Shown here piece after piece: positions 12,813 to 26,120 of a stretch of 64,000 nt of DNA. This DNA is from Pristiophorus japonicus (Eukaryota). Below the pieces are notes generated by a model, which did not search any database, was not told the origin of the DNA, and worked only from the letters and a program-made list of their open reading frames with translations. How positions within the stretch are numbered: position 1 is the first letter of the stretch; every line of letters starts with the position of its first letter. The stretch is taken from assembly GCF_044704955.1 (NCBI RefSeq), contig NC_091983.1, forward strand, positions 58,962,001 to 59,026,000. Reading direction: 5' to 3'. A program made the position numbers and the translations under genes.

Positions 12813-14559
12813 TGTCACTGCAGGTTTTCTGGTAGCCACTCACCAACCATATGTCTACAGACTTAACAATTCTCTGGCATTCAGTAGGAGATCACACTCT
12901 CCCATTCTTCTAATTAAAAACTGCAATCTTACACTTGTACGGACTGATGGTAAATTTCAGGATTCCTCTTGTTTTCTTTTGCTGGAGAGCAAGACAAAGA
13001 AGCAGAATGTAGGAGAAAACATTTGTAAATCCCACAGCCAAACAGGCTATGAAGAGAGAAAGAAAAAAAACAAAGAATAAGGAAGACAAACAGACAGACA
13101 ATCACATTTACTGCCTTTGCCGTTGCCAGCTGCCAATGTGATGGATGCATCTATGTTTTGGTATAAGTGAACACCTCAAAAATAAGGCTTTTAATTGAAA
13201 ATGTCACACCTAGAATTTGCCCAACATTATATGCAACACATGTTCTGCAGTTGGGTATCACTATATCATAAAGTCTTACTCTGTCTGGACATCCTCTCAA
13301 ATCTACCAGTCATCGATGATTCTTCTCACTCATCCAACAGCTTTTTAATAGACTTATCTATTTGATTTTTAATCTCAATTTTCTCCTCTCAAGGAGCCAA
13401 TCGTTGCTCAGGTACAGTTCCGCAGGTCCTAGCAGCCTTTGGTATCTCACTAAAGTGGCCATACTTAATTGTGAAGCCACAAAGTTAGTATGGTACTGGT
13501 AACATATTGGACACCAGGGATATCATAGCCAAACATGATGCCATCCTCACTCAATGTCCATATGTGCATTTTCTCACTCGGGCACTGAACAGACAAAAAG
13601 GACAGGCTGCTCCATCAAGCCTGTCCCATACTCAAGATGGCTGGAACATCATGACTAGACACTTCCTACCCTTCACATTGCCCCAACCTCCATCACCCCT
13701 CCCCCCAATCATCTAAGCTCCTGGGAGAGGGGGAAAAAAAGAGAAAACCCTTGGGTCAATAACGGGAAAAAAAACTCTGAAAAATTCCTGTCTGACGCCC
13801 TGAAGCAATCAAAATTAGTCCAGATGATCACATAGACCATCCGTTCGTTATCTGTCAATCCACTTACCTTCTATTCAATGCAATAATGTCAACCCCATCG
13901 TCTCATAAATCATGAGACAAATTCTTAAAAATCATGAGATTTGGCATAGCAATCTGAGTTTCTATTATTTTTCAAACATAAACCAGTATCAATTTAACAA
14001 TTGGTTTATAAACCTCATTAGTGGCTTTATTTAATCTCTAACAGGTCACAGCTCTTTATAAAAGCTCTATTACTTCATCTAAAAATGCTTTACAAAAAAC
14101 GTTTTCAAAATTCTACCTGTTATCACCACATTGCTACGTTTGGGTCATCCTCAACTCCGAGGGACTGCGTAAGAGAAAAGAGAGCTATGTTTGGGTACTC
14201 CTCTTGAGTTTCGGGTGGATGATATTTCACTATATCAGTTAAGTGCAAAATTGCTGTATTCTACACAAAAAATTGCCAATGCTGTACACAGTCTGTTATA
14301 GACATCCCTCCACATTCATATTGGTGTTGTACCTTAGGGACGGGATATGGACAGCACATGGAGTGTATATTCAAGACGCTTGGCAAACAGGATCTGCAGT
14401 GTTTAAGAGGCCACCTTGACTTGTACTTTACCACCTTTGGGCTGGTTTTGCTAACTGTTTTCAGGGTTTTACTTTTCTATTTTTTTGCATCCAGGGATCC
14501 TTGAGATCTCCTAAATTTTAAATGTAACCTTGGTCTTTTCCCTCTATCAATAGCATTAA

Positions 14560-14885
14560 CCAAGACGACTGGAGAACAGCTCTATTGCACGGACCTAGTG
14601 CGCACACATATCGCAGTGTGGGCTGGCCCGTGCTGCCTCTCGGCCCTCGCCTTTGCTGGGCCCCGAACCCATGCCTCTCCTTGGCCCCGATCACGTCTCT
14701 TGCCACTCCTGCTGTACCTGTCCACGCTCCAATCAGCGACCTGGATCTTGGTGACGTCCAATCCAGTCGCCTTGTTCGCTGCCGTTGCTCTCCTACTCCA
14801 GCACGTGCTGCTCCCTGGAGTGGTATGCCGCCATGCTGCTCCTTCCGCTCCCCGGCCTGCTCCGATGGTGCTCGCAGGCTGGAGG
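14560..14885. repeat. GC-rich interspersed repeat fragment (possibly LINE/RTE 5' region)
   Basis: Abrupt CpG-rich block in AT-rich intron, abutting a CR1 end. Family assignment is tentative. Confidence 0.3.
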
Positions 14886-14894
14886 CCGTGTAGA

Positions 14895-15463
14895 TAAGGT
14901 GGTTACTTGCCTTTATTAGCCGAGGCATAGAATACATGAGCAGGGAGGTTATGCTTGAACTGTGTAAAACACCAGTTAGGCCATAGCTAGCAGTTCTGGT
15001 CACCACATTACAGGAAAGATGTGATTGCACTAGAGAGGGTACAGAGGAGATTTACGAGGATGTTGCCTTGACTGGAGAATTTTAGCTATGAGGAAAGATT
15101 GGATAGGCTGAGTTTGTATTCTTTGGACCAGAGAAGGCTGAGGAGAGACCTTATTGAGATGTATAAAATTATGAGGGGCCTAGATAAGAGTGGATAGGAA
15201 AGACCCAATTTCCTTAGTAGAGGGGTCAACAACCAGAGGCCATAGATTTAAAGTAATTGGTAGGAGGTTTCGAAAGGATTTGAGGTGAAATGTTTTCATC
15301 CAGAAGGTAGTAGGGGCCTGGAACTCACTGCCTGAAAGTGTGGTAGAGACAGAAATCTTCACCACATTTAAAAAGTATTTGGGATATGCACTTGAAGTGC
15401 CGTAGTGGACACGATGGGCCGAAATGGCCTCCTTCCGTGCTGCAAATTTCTATGATTCTATGA
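14895..15463 (+). mobile_element. CR1 3' fragment
   Basis: C-terminal RT remnants and gatgggccgaaatggcct...ttctatgattctatga tail. Confidence 0.85.
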
Positions 15464-15538
15464 AAAGCACATCTCTAATTTAGTTTGTGCAAAACTCAAA
15501 TCTAATTGACTGTTCTCACCCCGCAGTGCTTCCTTTAC

Positions 15539-15960
15539 CTTGAAAGCAGCGACCACGGTGGTCGGAATGCATGATTGATTGGCTGGTGCCAATCGGTTTT
15601 AAGGGCTCAGCGGAGCTGCCTGCAAAGTAGAAAATGAGCACCATCAAGGGGCAGAACCTGGTAACGGACTGTTCGACAAGGTGTATTGCGATCACGGAGT
15701 ACCTCTACATGTACAATGGGCAGCCCAGTGTTAGCGGATGGCAGCGCTAACCTGCGCACACAAGACAAGGCAAGTCTGATCTTTCCCAGCAACACTGTTC
15801 ACCTATCGTCTTTTACAATAATAAAGCACGTGCCCCCAGGGACCATTCTAATCTCCGTGGCCAATGCGGAACGGCGCTTCCATGCACTGACCAATCGGAG
15901 TACTGCCGTACTTTTCAACTCCCGCCCAGCATCATTGCACCACTCCCTGACGTAAAAAAC
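15539..15960 (-). promoter_or_regulatory. Candidate ITGB1BP1 promoter / non-coding first exon
   Basis: CCAAT boxes at 15578 (rev), 15589, 15861, 15891. GC box 15921, CRE-like tgacgtaa 15948. Minus-strand donor aag|gtaaag at 15539/15538. Confidence 0.4.
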
Positions 15961-16859
15961 ATGAGACTGCACTGTTGAATCGTGAGATCACAAGTTGGGT
16001 TAAATTTTCATTAAAAATTGCGTGTCGTATGATTGATTCGCAAGAGTTGCCATTAATGATGATGTGATCTCATCCCCAGGCCAACAACCAGTCCAGTTCC
16101 CCTGAGAAGGCATGGACAAGAGATCAGAATTTTGCATGATTTTTGCCTGTCCTAACCCAGGGTTACTCAGCTCAACTGAGCACACCTTGCACTACCCCAG
16201 TTGACATTGGCTAACTAACTAAGCTGGGCTATTCTGGTCTGTATGGTGCTGTTCCACGCCAGGTAGTGTGGGTATGACAACCAACAAGGAAGCTTTGATC
16301 ATCTCAATATTAATGTTCAATTAATCTGAACATTTATCCTTAATGCTCTTCCTTGAAACACCTTGATTTTGTGATTGCAATTATAGTCCACCAGCCTCAC
16401 GGGTAGTACTAAACTAAATTTCAAAGAAAGAGTTAAGTAAACAAATATTTCTAACTGAAACACAACAATGATTACACAGATTCTAACTTTTGACTATTGT
16501 GTCAAATTTTAACGTTGTAAGAAACACTGAAGATCAACCATAAATCCATTTCATGCAATGTCTACTTTACATCGAGCCTCCATCAAATAAATAAGGTGTG
16601 TTGGAAGATGCCAAAACATTCATTTTTCTTAAAGTCAGGAGTGAAATGCAAACATTTTCTACAAGCTGAATTCAAAAGAAACTGCATTTGTTGCTTTTAG
16701 TTGAAGAACAATTGACTAGCGAGTGGTCAGCACGAAAGGGTGAAGTAGAGCAGAGTTTGAGTAAAACACTGTTTCACAGCTGGCGGGCAGCAATACCCCA
16801 CAGGCCCAGCAACACATAGACACAAGTTGTGCCCAGAACCTGCTTCCAAACCTCGCTCC

Positions 16860-17320
16860 TCTCACTCACCCAACACACTATACAACTCTTGCAACATTTA
16901 GAGGACTCGAAAACTATTTAAAAATCGAATTACCTAATGATTTAATGGTTTTTTACAAAAATACTGAACCCATGCTGCTCAAGGCTGAGCTCTTTGCTCT
17001 GAAGGATTCCTGCTGCAGCTGCGGGTGTCTCACTCTCTCTGTCCCGAGGCCGCGGGGAGACAGTTTCCCGGCGGGGACATTTCGCGGTGGGACCGGAAGT
17101 GTCGCCGTGCCGAAGCGCATCATGTCCGCGAAACGGAAAGCAGAGAGTTTCATCCCGGCTGAGGAGAGCGACCAGCTGCTGATCCGGCCGCTGTGAGTAC
17201 CCGTCCGCGTCCGCCCGGCCCCGAGTGAAGCATCACCGGCCCACCGGGAAAACTCACTGCGGCCCCGACTGTCAGCACCGACCCCCGCGGGGAGCAGCTC
17301 CAGGAGAGCGGCCCTCCCCG
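16860..17320. promoter_or_regulatory. CpG-island, probably bidirectional promoter of CPSF3/ITGB1BP1
   Basis: CpG-rich. ETS/GABP motif accggaagt at 17092-17100 just upstream of the CPSF3 ATG. Minus-strand donor-like sites at 16870 (gg|gtgagt) and 16934 (ag|gtaatt). Confidence 0.65.
17122..17192 (+). CDS. CPSF3: CPSF3 exon 1
   Basis: MSAKRKAESFIPAEESDQLLIRP(L), donor gtgagt. Confidence 0.95.
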
Positions 17321-17326
17321 GTCAGG

Positions 17327-19260
17327 GATCATCTCCCCCCCCCCCCCATCTCTCATCCCCTCCCCATCTCTCATCCCCCCCCCTCCCCATCTCTCATCCC
17401 CCCCCCTCCCCATCTCTCATCCCCCCCCCTCCCCATCTCTCATCCCCATCTCTCATCCCCCCCCTCTCCCCATCTCTCATCCCCCCCCCTCCCCATCTCT
17501 CATCCCCCCCCCTCCCCATCTCTCATCCCCCCCCCCTCCCCATCTCTCATCCCCCCCCCCTCCCCATCTCTCATCCCCATCTCTCATCCCCCCCCCCACC
17601 CCATCTCTCATCCCCCCCCCTCCCCATCTCTCATCCCCCCCCCCTCCCNNNNNNNNNNNNNNNNNNNNNNNNNNNNNNNNNNNNNNNNNNNNNNNNNNNN
17701 NNNNNNNNNNNNNNNNNNNNNNNNNNNNNNNNNNNNNNNNNNNNNNNNNNNNNNNNNNNNNNNNNNNNNNNNNNNNNNNNNNNNNNNNNNNNNNNNNNNN
17801 NNNNNNNNNNNNNNNNNNNNNNNNNNNNNNNNNNNNNNNNNNNNNNNNTCTCCCCTCCCCCCATCTCTCATCCCCCTCCCCCCATCTCTCATCCCCCTCC
17901 CCCCAATCTCTCATCCCCCTCCCCCCCATCTCTCCCCCTTCCCCCCATCCCCCATCCTCCATCCCCCTCCCCCCATCTCTCATCCCCCTCCCCCCATCTC
18001 TCATCCCCCTCCCCCCATCTCTCATCCCCCTCCCCCCATCTCTCATCCCCCTCCCCCCATCTCTCATCCCCCTCCCCCCATCTCTCATCCCCCTCCCCCC
18101 ATTCTCATCCCCCTCCCCCCATCTCTCATCCCACTCCCCCCATCTCTCATCCCCCTCCCCCCATCTCTCATCCCCCTCCCCCCATCTCTCATCCCCCTCC
18201 CCCCATCTCTCATCCCCCTCCCCCCCATCTCTCATCCCCCTCCCCCCATCTCTCATCCCCCTCCCCCCATCTCTCATCCCCCTCCTCCCATCTCTCATCC
18301 CCTCCCCCCATCTCTCATCCCCCTCCCCCATCTCTCATCCCCCCTCCCCCCATCTCTCATCCCCCTCCCCCCATCTCTCATCCCCCTCCCCCCATCTCTC
18401 ATCCCCCTCCCCCCATCTCTCATCCCCCTCCCCCCATCTCTCATCCCCCTCCCCCCATCTCTCATCCCCCTCCCCCCATCTCTCATCCCCCTCCCCCCAT
18501 CTCTCATCCCCCTCCCCCCATCTCTCATCCCCCTCCCCCCATCTCTCATCCCCCCTCCCCCCATCTCTCATCCCCCTCCCCCCATCTCTCATCCCCTCCC
18601 CCATCTCTCATCCCCCCCTCCCCCTCCCTCATCCCCCCTCCCCCTCCCCATCTCTCATCCCCCCTCCCCTCCCCATCTCTCATCCCCCCCTCCCCCTCCC
18701 CATCTCTCATCCCCCCCTCCCCCCTCCCCATCTCTCATCCTCCCCCTCCCCATCTCTCATCCCCCCCTCCCCATCTCTCATCCCCCCCTCCCCATCTCTC
18801 ATCCCCCCCCTCCCCATCTCTCATCCCCCCCCTCCCCATCTCTCATCCCCCCCCTCCCCATCTCTCATCCCCCCCCTCCCCATCTCTCATCCCCCCCCTC
18901 CCCATCTCTCATCCCCCCCCTCCCCATCTCTCATCCCCCCCTCCCCATCTCTCATCCCCCCCCTCCCCATCTCTCATCCCCCCCCTCCCCATCTCTCATC
19001 CCCCCCCTCCCCATCTCTCATCCCCCCCCTCCCCATCTCTCATCCCCCCCTCCCCATCTCTCATCCCCCCCCTCCCCATCTCTCATCCCCCCCCTCCCCA
19101 TCTCTCATCCCCCCCCTCCCCATCTCTCATCCCCCCCCTCCCCATCTCTCATCCCCCCCCTCCCCATCTCTCATCCCCCCCCTCCCCATCTCTCTTACCC
19201 CCCCCCCTTCACATCCCCCCCTTCTCACATCTTCCCCCCCGCCCCCCCCATCTCTCATAT
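17327..19260. repeat. C-rich minisatellite, ~17-20 bp unit (cccc)atctctcatcccc(ctc)
   Basis: Tandem ATCTCTCAT cores separated by C-runs. Contains an assembly gap. Confidence 0.95.
17649..17848. other. Assembly gap (200 N)
   Basis: Run of n. Confidence 1.
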
Positions 19261-19636
19261 CCCCACCATCCCTCATCTCTTTTCCCACCCACCCACCACC
19301 ACCATATCACCTCCCTCAATTCCATTCCTCCCCAGTCCCACTGCCTTTTCAGGAGCAGCCTCCTCTGTTTGCCACCTCTCCGTGAGGGCACATCTGAGAC
19401 CTCCAATCCCCTGTTTGGGGAAGCTACAGGTTGGACGCACAATCCATCACTCAGTCGCCTCGAACATTGGAGTCACCCTACAGCAGCACTTTTTTTCTTT
19501 CTCTTCTCTTTTAGAACAAAACACCGTGCTGGTGATGGAAAATCTCAAGCTTCAATTTTGACTGAGTGACCTGTAAAGTTATCCGAAAATGTTTCTTATA
19601 GTTACTTAAATTTATACAGTAGAAAGTATTGCTTGA

Positions 19637-19753
<117 letters not shown>

Positions 19754-20229
19754 TGATTTTATAACTGTAAAAGCTTCAGGATCACTAGTTGACTTAAGTC
19801 ATTGGTCTTCAATAAAAACCATTGATCTGCTATCACAAAGTAGAAATGAAACATTTATTGCAACTTTTACATAAACATCTTTGAACTGATTATGTAAAGA
19901 ACTTATACAAGCAAATTCCTGCAAGCCTACTCTGCATGTTTGTGATGTGGAACGTATTGATTGAAAGATTTGGCTTGCAGACTTGTTTCTCTCATCAGTA
20001 GGTTAGTAGGGGGTTGGAGCAAGAACAGTTTGGCTGCCAATGAATACTTCAGTCTGACATGATGGTTTAATCAGACACCAGCCAGTGGAACCGTAGCCCT
20101 AGATGAACATGAACAACTAAAGACAAACTTAAAATGGTGGCAATGTGGTCAAATTAGAGATTTGTTTCATATAAGGTTGCAGTTTGCCTAATGTGTATCT
20201 GCTTACACATTAATAGCATGCTCAAATAG

Positions 20230-20370
<141 letters not shown>

Positions 20371-21132
20371 TAAGTAAAATTGCTTCCACTCTCAAAGTTT
20401 AGAAATTACAAAATTGATTCGGTGAACTCTAGCACATTTTTTTTGTTTTCCCTGACCTAATCATGATGCTCAATTGAGTAACTTTAGATGCAGTTGAATA
20501 ACAGGTGATTACATAGACTGAGATACAAATACTGTACATAATCAATTTGTTAAATGGGTCATTCAAGTACAGTGCTTTTGAGAGCTAGTTTTAAGTTTTG
20601 TTGGGATTCAATTATAACAAAATCTAATTGATCTTTTAATACATTTTAAACAAGCCTTGTGGCTGTTATTCACTGGAACAAAGGAACATGAGTAGGCCAT
20701 TCAGCCCCTTGAGGCTATTCCGCCATTCAATTAGATCATGGCTGATCTGTAACTCAACTCCATTTACACGTCTTTGTCCCATATCCCTTGATATCCTTAC
20801 CTAACAAAAATCTATTGATCTCAGTCTTGAAAATTTAAATTGACCCAGCACCCATAGTTTTCGGGGGGAGCAAGTTCCCAATTTCTACTACCCTTTGTGC
20901 GGAAAAAGTGGTTCTTGATTTCACTCCAAAATGGCCTAATTTTAAGATTATGCCCTCTTGTTCTGGATTCCTCCACCAGAGGAAATCATTTCTCTGTATA
21001 TACCCTATTGATTCACTTTATATTAAAAAAAGGAAGACTTGTTTTTTAAACACCTCGATTAGATTACCCCTCAACTCTTTTAACTCTTGAAATAGAAACC
21101 AAGTTTATGCAACCTGTCTTCATAATCTAAGC

Positions 21133-21692
21133 TTTAAAGCTCTGTTTAGGCCACAACTGGAGTATTGCGTCCAGTTCTAAACCACACCTTAGGAAGGATG
21201 TGAAGGTCCTTGAGAAGGTGCAGAGGAGATTCGCCAGAATGGTTCCAGGGATGAGGGATTTTAGCTACAAGGTTAGATTGAAGAAGCTGGGGCTGTTCTC
21301 CTTGGGGCAAAGGAGGTTGAGGGGAGATTTGATAGAGGTATACAAGATTATGACAGGTTTAGATAAGAAAGACAAAGACAAGTTGTTCCCATAGTTGAAG
21401 ACCGGGGACACGCATTTAAGGTTTTGGGCAAGATATGTGGGGTGGGGGGGGCGGTGAGGAAGAACGTTTTTATGCAGTGAGTGGTAATGACCTGGAACTC
21501 GCTGTCTATGAAGGTGGTGGAAGCGGAGACGATCAATGATTTCAAAAGGAAATTGGATAGGCACTTGAGGGAAATAAACTTGCAGGGCTACGGGGATAGA
21601 GCAGGGGAATGGGACTGACTAGATTGCTTTACAGAGACCAGGTATGGACTCGATGGGTCGAATGGCCTTCTGTGGCGTAATGACTCTATGAT
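21133..21692 (+). mobile_element. CR1 3' fragment nested in opposite-strand CR1
   Basis: LEKVQRRFARMVPG...RRLRGDLIEVYK. TSD tctaagc at 21126-21132 and 21693-21699. Confidence 0.85.
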
Positions 21693-21761
21693 TCTAAGCC
21701 CTGGTATCATTCTGGTGAATATGCGCTGTTCCCCCTCCAAGGCCAATATAACTTTCTTGAG

Positions 21762-22570
21762 TTAAAAACAGAAAATGCTGGAAATCTCAGCGGGTCAGGC
21801 AGCATCTGTGGAGAGGGAAACAGCACAAGTTAGGAAACAAGAGGTTTCTTCTTTCAATTTAGTATTCGTTGCTCATGATGTCATCTCCTCTACATTGGGG
21901 AGACCAAACATGGATTGAGTGACCGCTTTGCGGACCACCTCCGTTCAGTCCACAAGGGTGACCCCGAGCTTCTGGTCACCTGTCACTTTAATTCTCCACT
22001 CCACTCCCACTCTGACCTCTCCATCCTTGGCCTCCTACACTATTCCATTGAAGTCCAACGCAAGCTCGAGGAACAGCACCCCATCTTTCGTTTAGGTACT
22101 TTGCAGCCTTCCGGACTCAACATCGAGTTCAACAATTTCAGACCATAACCTCTGCCCACATTTTGTTCCCTTTCCTCGCTTTTTATTTTTTACAAACCCC
22201 CCCCCCCCCCCCTTTAATTTTTATTTTCATTCTTTCTGTTTTCCGTGGCAGCTGGTATTTATTCTGGCATTCACACCCTATCTAGACTCACCTTTTGTTT
22301 CCTAACGTGCTATCACCATCTCACATCTCTTCTGCCTTCCACACTGTCACAGACCTTCCCTTTTGTTCTTTCCTCCCCTCCCCCTTTCAGGGCCCCAGCA
22401 CTTCCTTAAGAATCTGTTACATTTCAAACTATTGCCAGTTCTGACGAAGGGTCATCGACCTGAAACGTTAACTTTGTTTCTCTCCGCAGATGCTGCCTGA
22501 CCTGCTGAGATTTCCAGCATTTTCTGCTTTTATTTCAGATTCCAGCATCTGCAGTATTTTGCTTTGTATA
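21762..22570 (+). mobile_element. Truncated Penelope-like element (GIY-YIG C-terminus, pseudo-LTR, inverted 5' copy)
   Basis: LLYIGETK...DRFADHLRSV...LEEQH.IFRLGTLQPSGLNIEF. 21763-21823 is the inverted copy of 22475-22531. TSD tcttgag at 21755-21761 and 22571-22577. Confidence 0.85.
22437..22473 (+). ncRNA. Minimal type I hammerhead ribozyme motif in Penelope pseudo-LTR
   Basis: agtt CTGACGA a gggtc atc gacct GAAA cgtt aact: CUGANGA and GAAA boxes, stem II, palindromic AACGTT stem III, GUU triplet, 4-bp stem I. Confidence 0.7.
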
Positions 22571-23409
22571 TCTTGAGGTTCGGTGCCCAAAACTGAGCAC
22601 AGTACTCCAGATGGGGATAGACGAAAGCTCTGTACAACTGAAGCATCGTTTGCTCACTTTTGTATTCCAACCCTTTGAGATAAAGACCAACATTCCATTG
22701 GCCTTTCTGATTACTTTTTGTACCTGTGTACTAGCTTTTAGCAATTTGTGTACATGGAGATCGAAATCACTTCGTTCCTCTGCAGTTCCTAGTATCTCAC
22801 CATTAAGAACATTTTCCAATTTGTTTGTCTCGGATCCAAAGTGGATGACCTCGCACTTCCCCACATTGAACTCTGCCATAGTTTTGCCCGCTTACTTCGT
22901 ATGTTTATGTCCCTTTGCAACTTCCTCCTCCCATCCACACAACTTAATGTGCCTCTTAGTATCGTCTGCAAAATTGGATATGCAACTCTCCATTCCTTAA
23001 TCCAAGTCATTAACATATATGGTGAAAAGCAGAGGCACCAGTACAGATCCCTGGGAGCCACCACTTGTCACATCCCGCCAATCAAAAAACGTTCCCTTTA
23101 ACCCTACTCTCTGTCTCCTACCTCCCCACCAATTATTGAACCGAGTCACAAGGTTACCTCCAATTCCATGCATTCTGATTTTTGCTAATAATCCCTTGTC
23201 AAATCGCCAACTGGAAGTGTTACCGTAGCTATCCAAATAGACTTAAAGAGCTGGATTTGTATACTTTCGAGAAGTGTAGACTTGGGGGCGATCTGATCGA
23301 AGTTTATAAAATAATTAATGGACTAGATTGTGTTTACATGGATAAATGATTTCAACTGGATAGGTTGTTAGTGTGACCAGGAGTAAGAGCAGAATTATGT
23401 CAGATGTGA

Positions 23410-23840
23410 GTGTCAGCTGTGGCTCAGTGGGTAGTACTCTCGCCCCACTCCAGGGACGTGAGCACAAAAAAATCTAGGTTGACACTCCAGTTGAGGGAGT
23501 GCTGCACTGTCGGAGGTGCCGCCTTTCGGATGAGACGTTCAGCTGAGGTCCCATCTGCTCTCTCAAGTGGACATAAAAGATCCCATGGCACTATTTTGAA
23601 GAAGAGCAGGGGAGTTCTCCCCGGTGTCCTGGCCAATATTTATCCCTCAATTAACATAACAAAAACAGATGATCTGGTCATTATGACATTGATGTTTGTG
23701 GGAGCTTGCTTGTGCTCAAATTGGCTGCTGCTTTTCCCACATTGCAACAATGACTACACTTCAAAAAAGTACTTCATTGGCTGTAAAACGCTTTGAGACG
23801 TCCGGTGGTCGTGAAAGGCGCTATATAAATACAAGTCTTT
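23410..23840 (+). mobile_element. tRNA-derived SINE with L2-like tail (DeuSINE/SacSINE1-like)
   Basis: Head gtgtcagctgtggctcagtgggtag, core aaagatcccatggcactatttt...tcctggccaatatt, tail aaaggcgctatataaat. Other copies at 45581 and 58565. Confidence 0.75.
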
Positions 23841-24444
23841 GTTTAGGCGATTCTTTGAATAGTGGGTCTGGGAACAGGTTGTTAGCTTATGTGGTGAAGG
23901 CTGATTTGTTGTATTACTTTCGGAGCGGGATGGGTGGAGATCACACTGTACAAGAGATAGATGTACAGTGTGTGACCTGGATTAGTTTTGATCGCCTGAA
24001 GGGGTCAGAGAGGATTTCCCCCCCCTTAATTGCCCATGGTTTTTATCTGTTTTTTCACTTCTCAAGAGATTGTGGCTTCGGGTGTGTATTGTGATGCACA
24101 AGGTATTACAACTGTATGGGACAGGATAGGTGCATCATTTGGTCTATTCCTGACTGACGTTTTAGTATGTGTGTTCATACCTTAAGCTGTGTTGGTCTGA
24201 CAGCTCCACTTCACTGGAAATATTTTAGCATCTATATTCTAAACATTTTAGAAAAAGTTTTAGTGATGTAAGTCATCGAAGAAGTCAGCTTTATCTTTTG
24301 TTAAACTAAATAAATATATAGCTTGATTCATGATTTGCAACAATAGCTTTTTTTTGCAAGCAAATGCTATATATATATATATATATATATGACTGTGTTT
24401 AAACATGTATAATTGTTCTGCTTTAATGCAATCTTCTTTACCAG

Positions 24445-24573
24445 TTTCCATTTAGATCACTGTGGTGCACTTCCATGGTTTCTGCAAAAGACTAGTTTTA
24501 AAGGCAGAACATTTATGACTCATGCTACAAAAGCTATATATCGCTGGTTGTTGTCTGATTACGTCAAGGTCAG
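24445..24573 (+). CDS. CPSF3: CPSF3 exon 4
   Basis: [42 protein letters not shown](S). Confidence 0.96.
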
Positions 24574-25282
24574 GTGAGTGGAAGCTTCTGTATTTCAGAT
24601 TTAACTTTTATCTTCATGCTAAATGAATTGTACTCTTAAATGTTCCCCTTAATTTTTCAGCTGCCGTTGCTGACAGTTAACACACAATTCCTGAAACAAA
24701 GAGTACTTCTTTACATCACCACATCCCCAAATGTCCTGTATAAAATACTGAAAATTGACACACACAATGTACACGCACCATCTCCTTCCTTCCTCCTTTC
24801 CCAGTTGCATTTCTGTAGAAATTAATTACTCCATTCTTACCTTCCAGAGCACCTTGTGCTTTTTAGCACTTTACATAAAAGAGGAGATTTTTGAACTTCG
24901 ATGCCAAATCCTTAAGAGTCAGATATTTTTAATTTGATCATTTTAGCACCATTTCAAGTGTGTATTTAGTTCTTGATTTGCGTGCATGAGTGTGTGTAGG
25001 TCTACAGTTCCACGGGCTTATTTGGACATCGGGGGCAAAAGTCAATCCCAGTTCCATCCTTGGCTGATGTCCAAAAATGCCTTTTCCAGCGTGGCTGCTG
25101 AGGATGATTGTATTACCCTAAACGTTGCTCCAACTGAGATCAGCTAACTCTGCACAAACTGGCTATCTGACCTGGAACCTCTTGGGAGTGTATAGCTCAA
25201 TAGTGCAAAATCATGCATCCACTTCTGGAGCTTAGAATTTATGAAACTGTTTTGTTTTCAAGTATTGTTTTGATTCATGTGA

Positions 25283-25579
<297 letters not shown>

Positions 25580-26120
25580 TGATGGCCTAGCATTTCTGAT
25601 GTAACCTTTCATCAGAAATTCTGCCTTATATTGTGTTTTTAAATAATAATCGATTTTCTGTGGTTTTGCACATAGATTGTCAAAACCAAGTGCTCTCTTC
25701 GGGCCAAGGTGGATTAGAGGGTGGGAGGATAATTGTACACGGCAGAAGAGGCCCAAGTGAAGGAGAATGGGAGGGGTAGTGGGGGTCGAAATAGTTCCTC
25801 GGTGAGGTGGGGGTACGGCTAATTTTGGTGTTGCTAACATTAGCAAATGCTTGACGTGGAAAACACCTAACACAGCACCAGATGAAACATGTATTGCAGA
25901 TTAATGTGATTGTTTCTATAAGGGGATTTTCCATTGGACCAGGTTGACATGGGAGTTTTCAGTGTATCTTGAAAAGAATATTGTAACCCATCTACTATTT
26001 TTAATATAATAGAGTTAGCTCATAATACAATGGACAGAAATGTTTGCATTGTTTCAATGCCTGCAAATCTAAGTAGCTTTCAATATTATCTTGTGTTTAT
26101 TACTAATTGCTCCTATGCAG

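Larger units (their letters stand above)
20674..23200 (-). mobile_element. CR1 fragment split by two nested insertions
   Basis: CR1 3' end at ~20680 continues at 21697-21761 and 22571-23200 (GKCEVIHFG, QGSVL.P). Confidence 0.8.

Noticed and set aside
17327-19260. CRISPR-like array
   Set aside because: No unique spacers and a eukaryotic context; it is a simple tandem repeat.
17225-19561. 778-aa proline-rich ORF and the antisense Gly/Arg-rich ORFs
   Set aside because: Translation of a stop-free minisatellite spanning an N gap inside CPSF3 intron 1.
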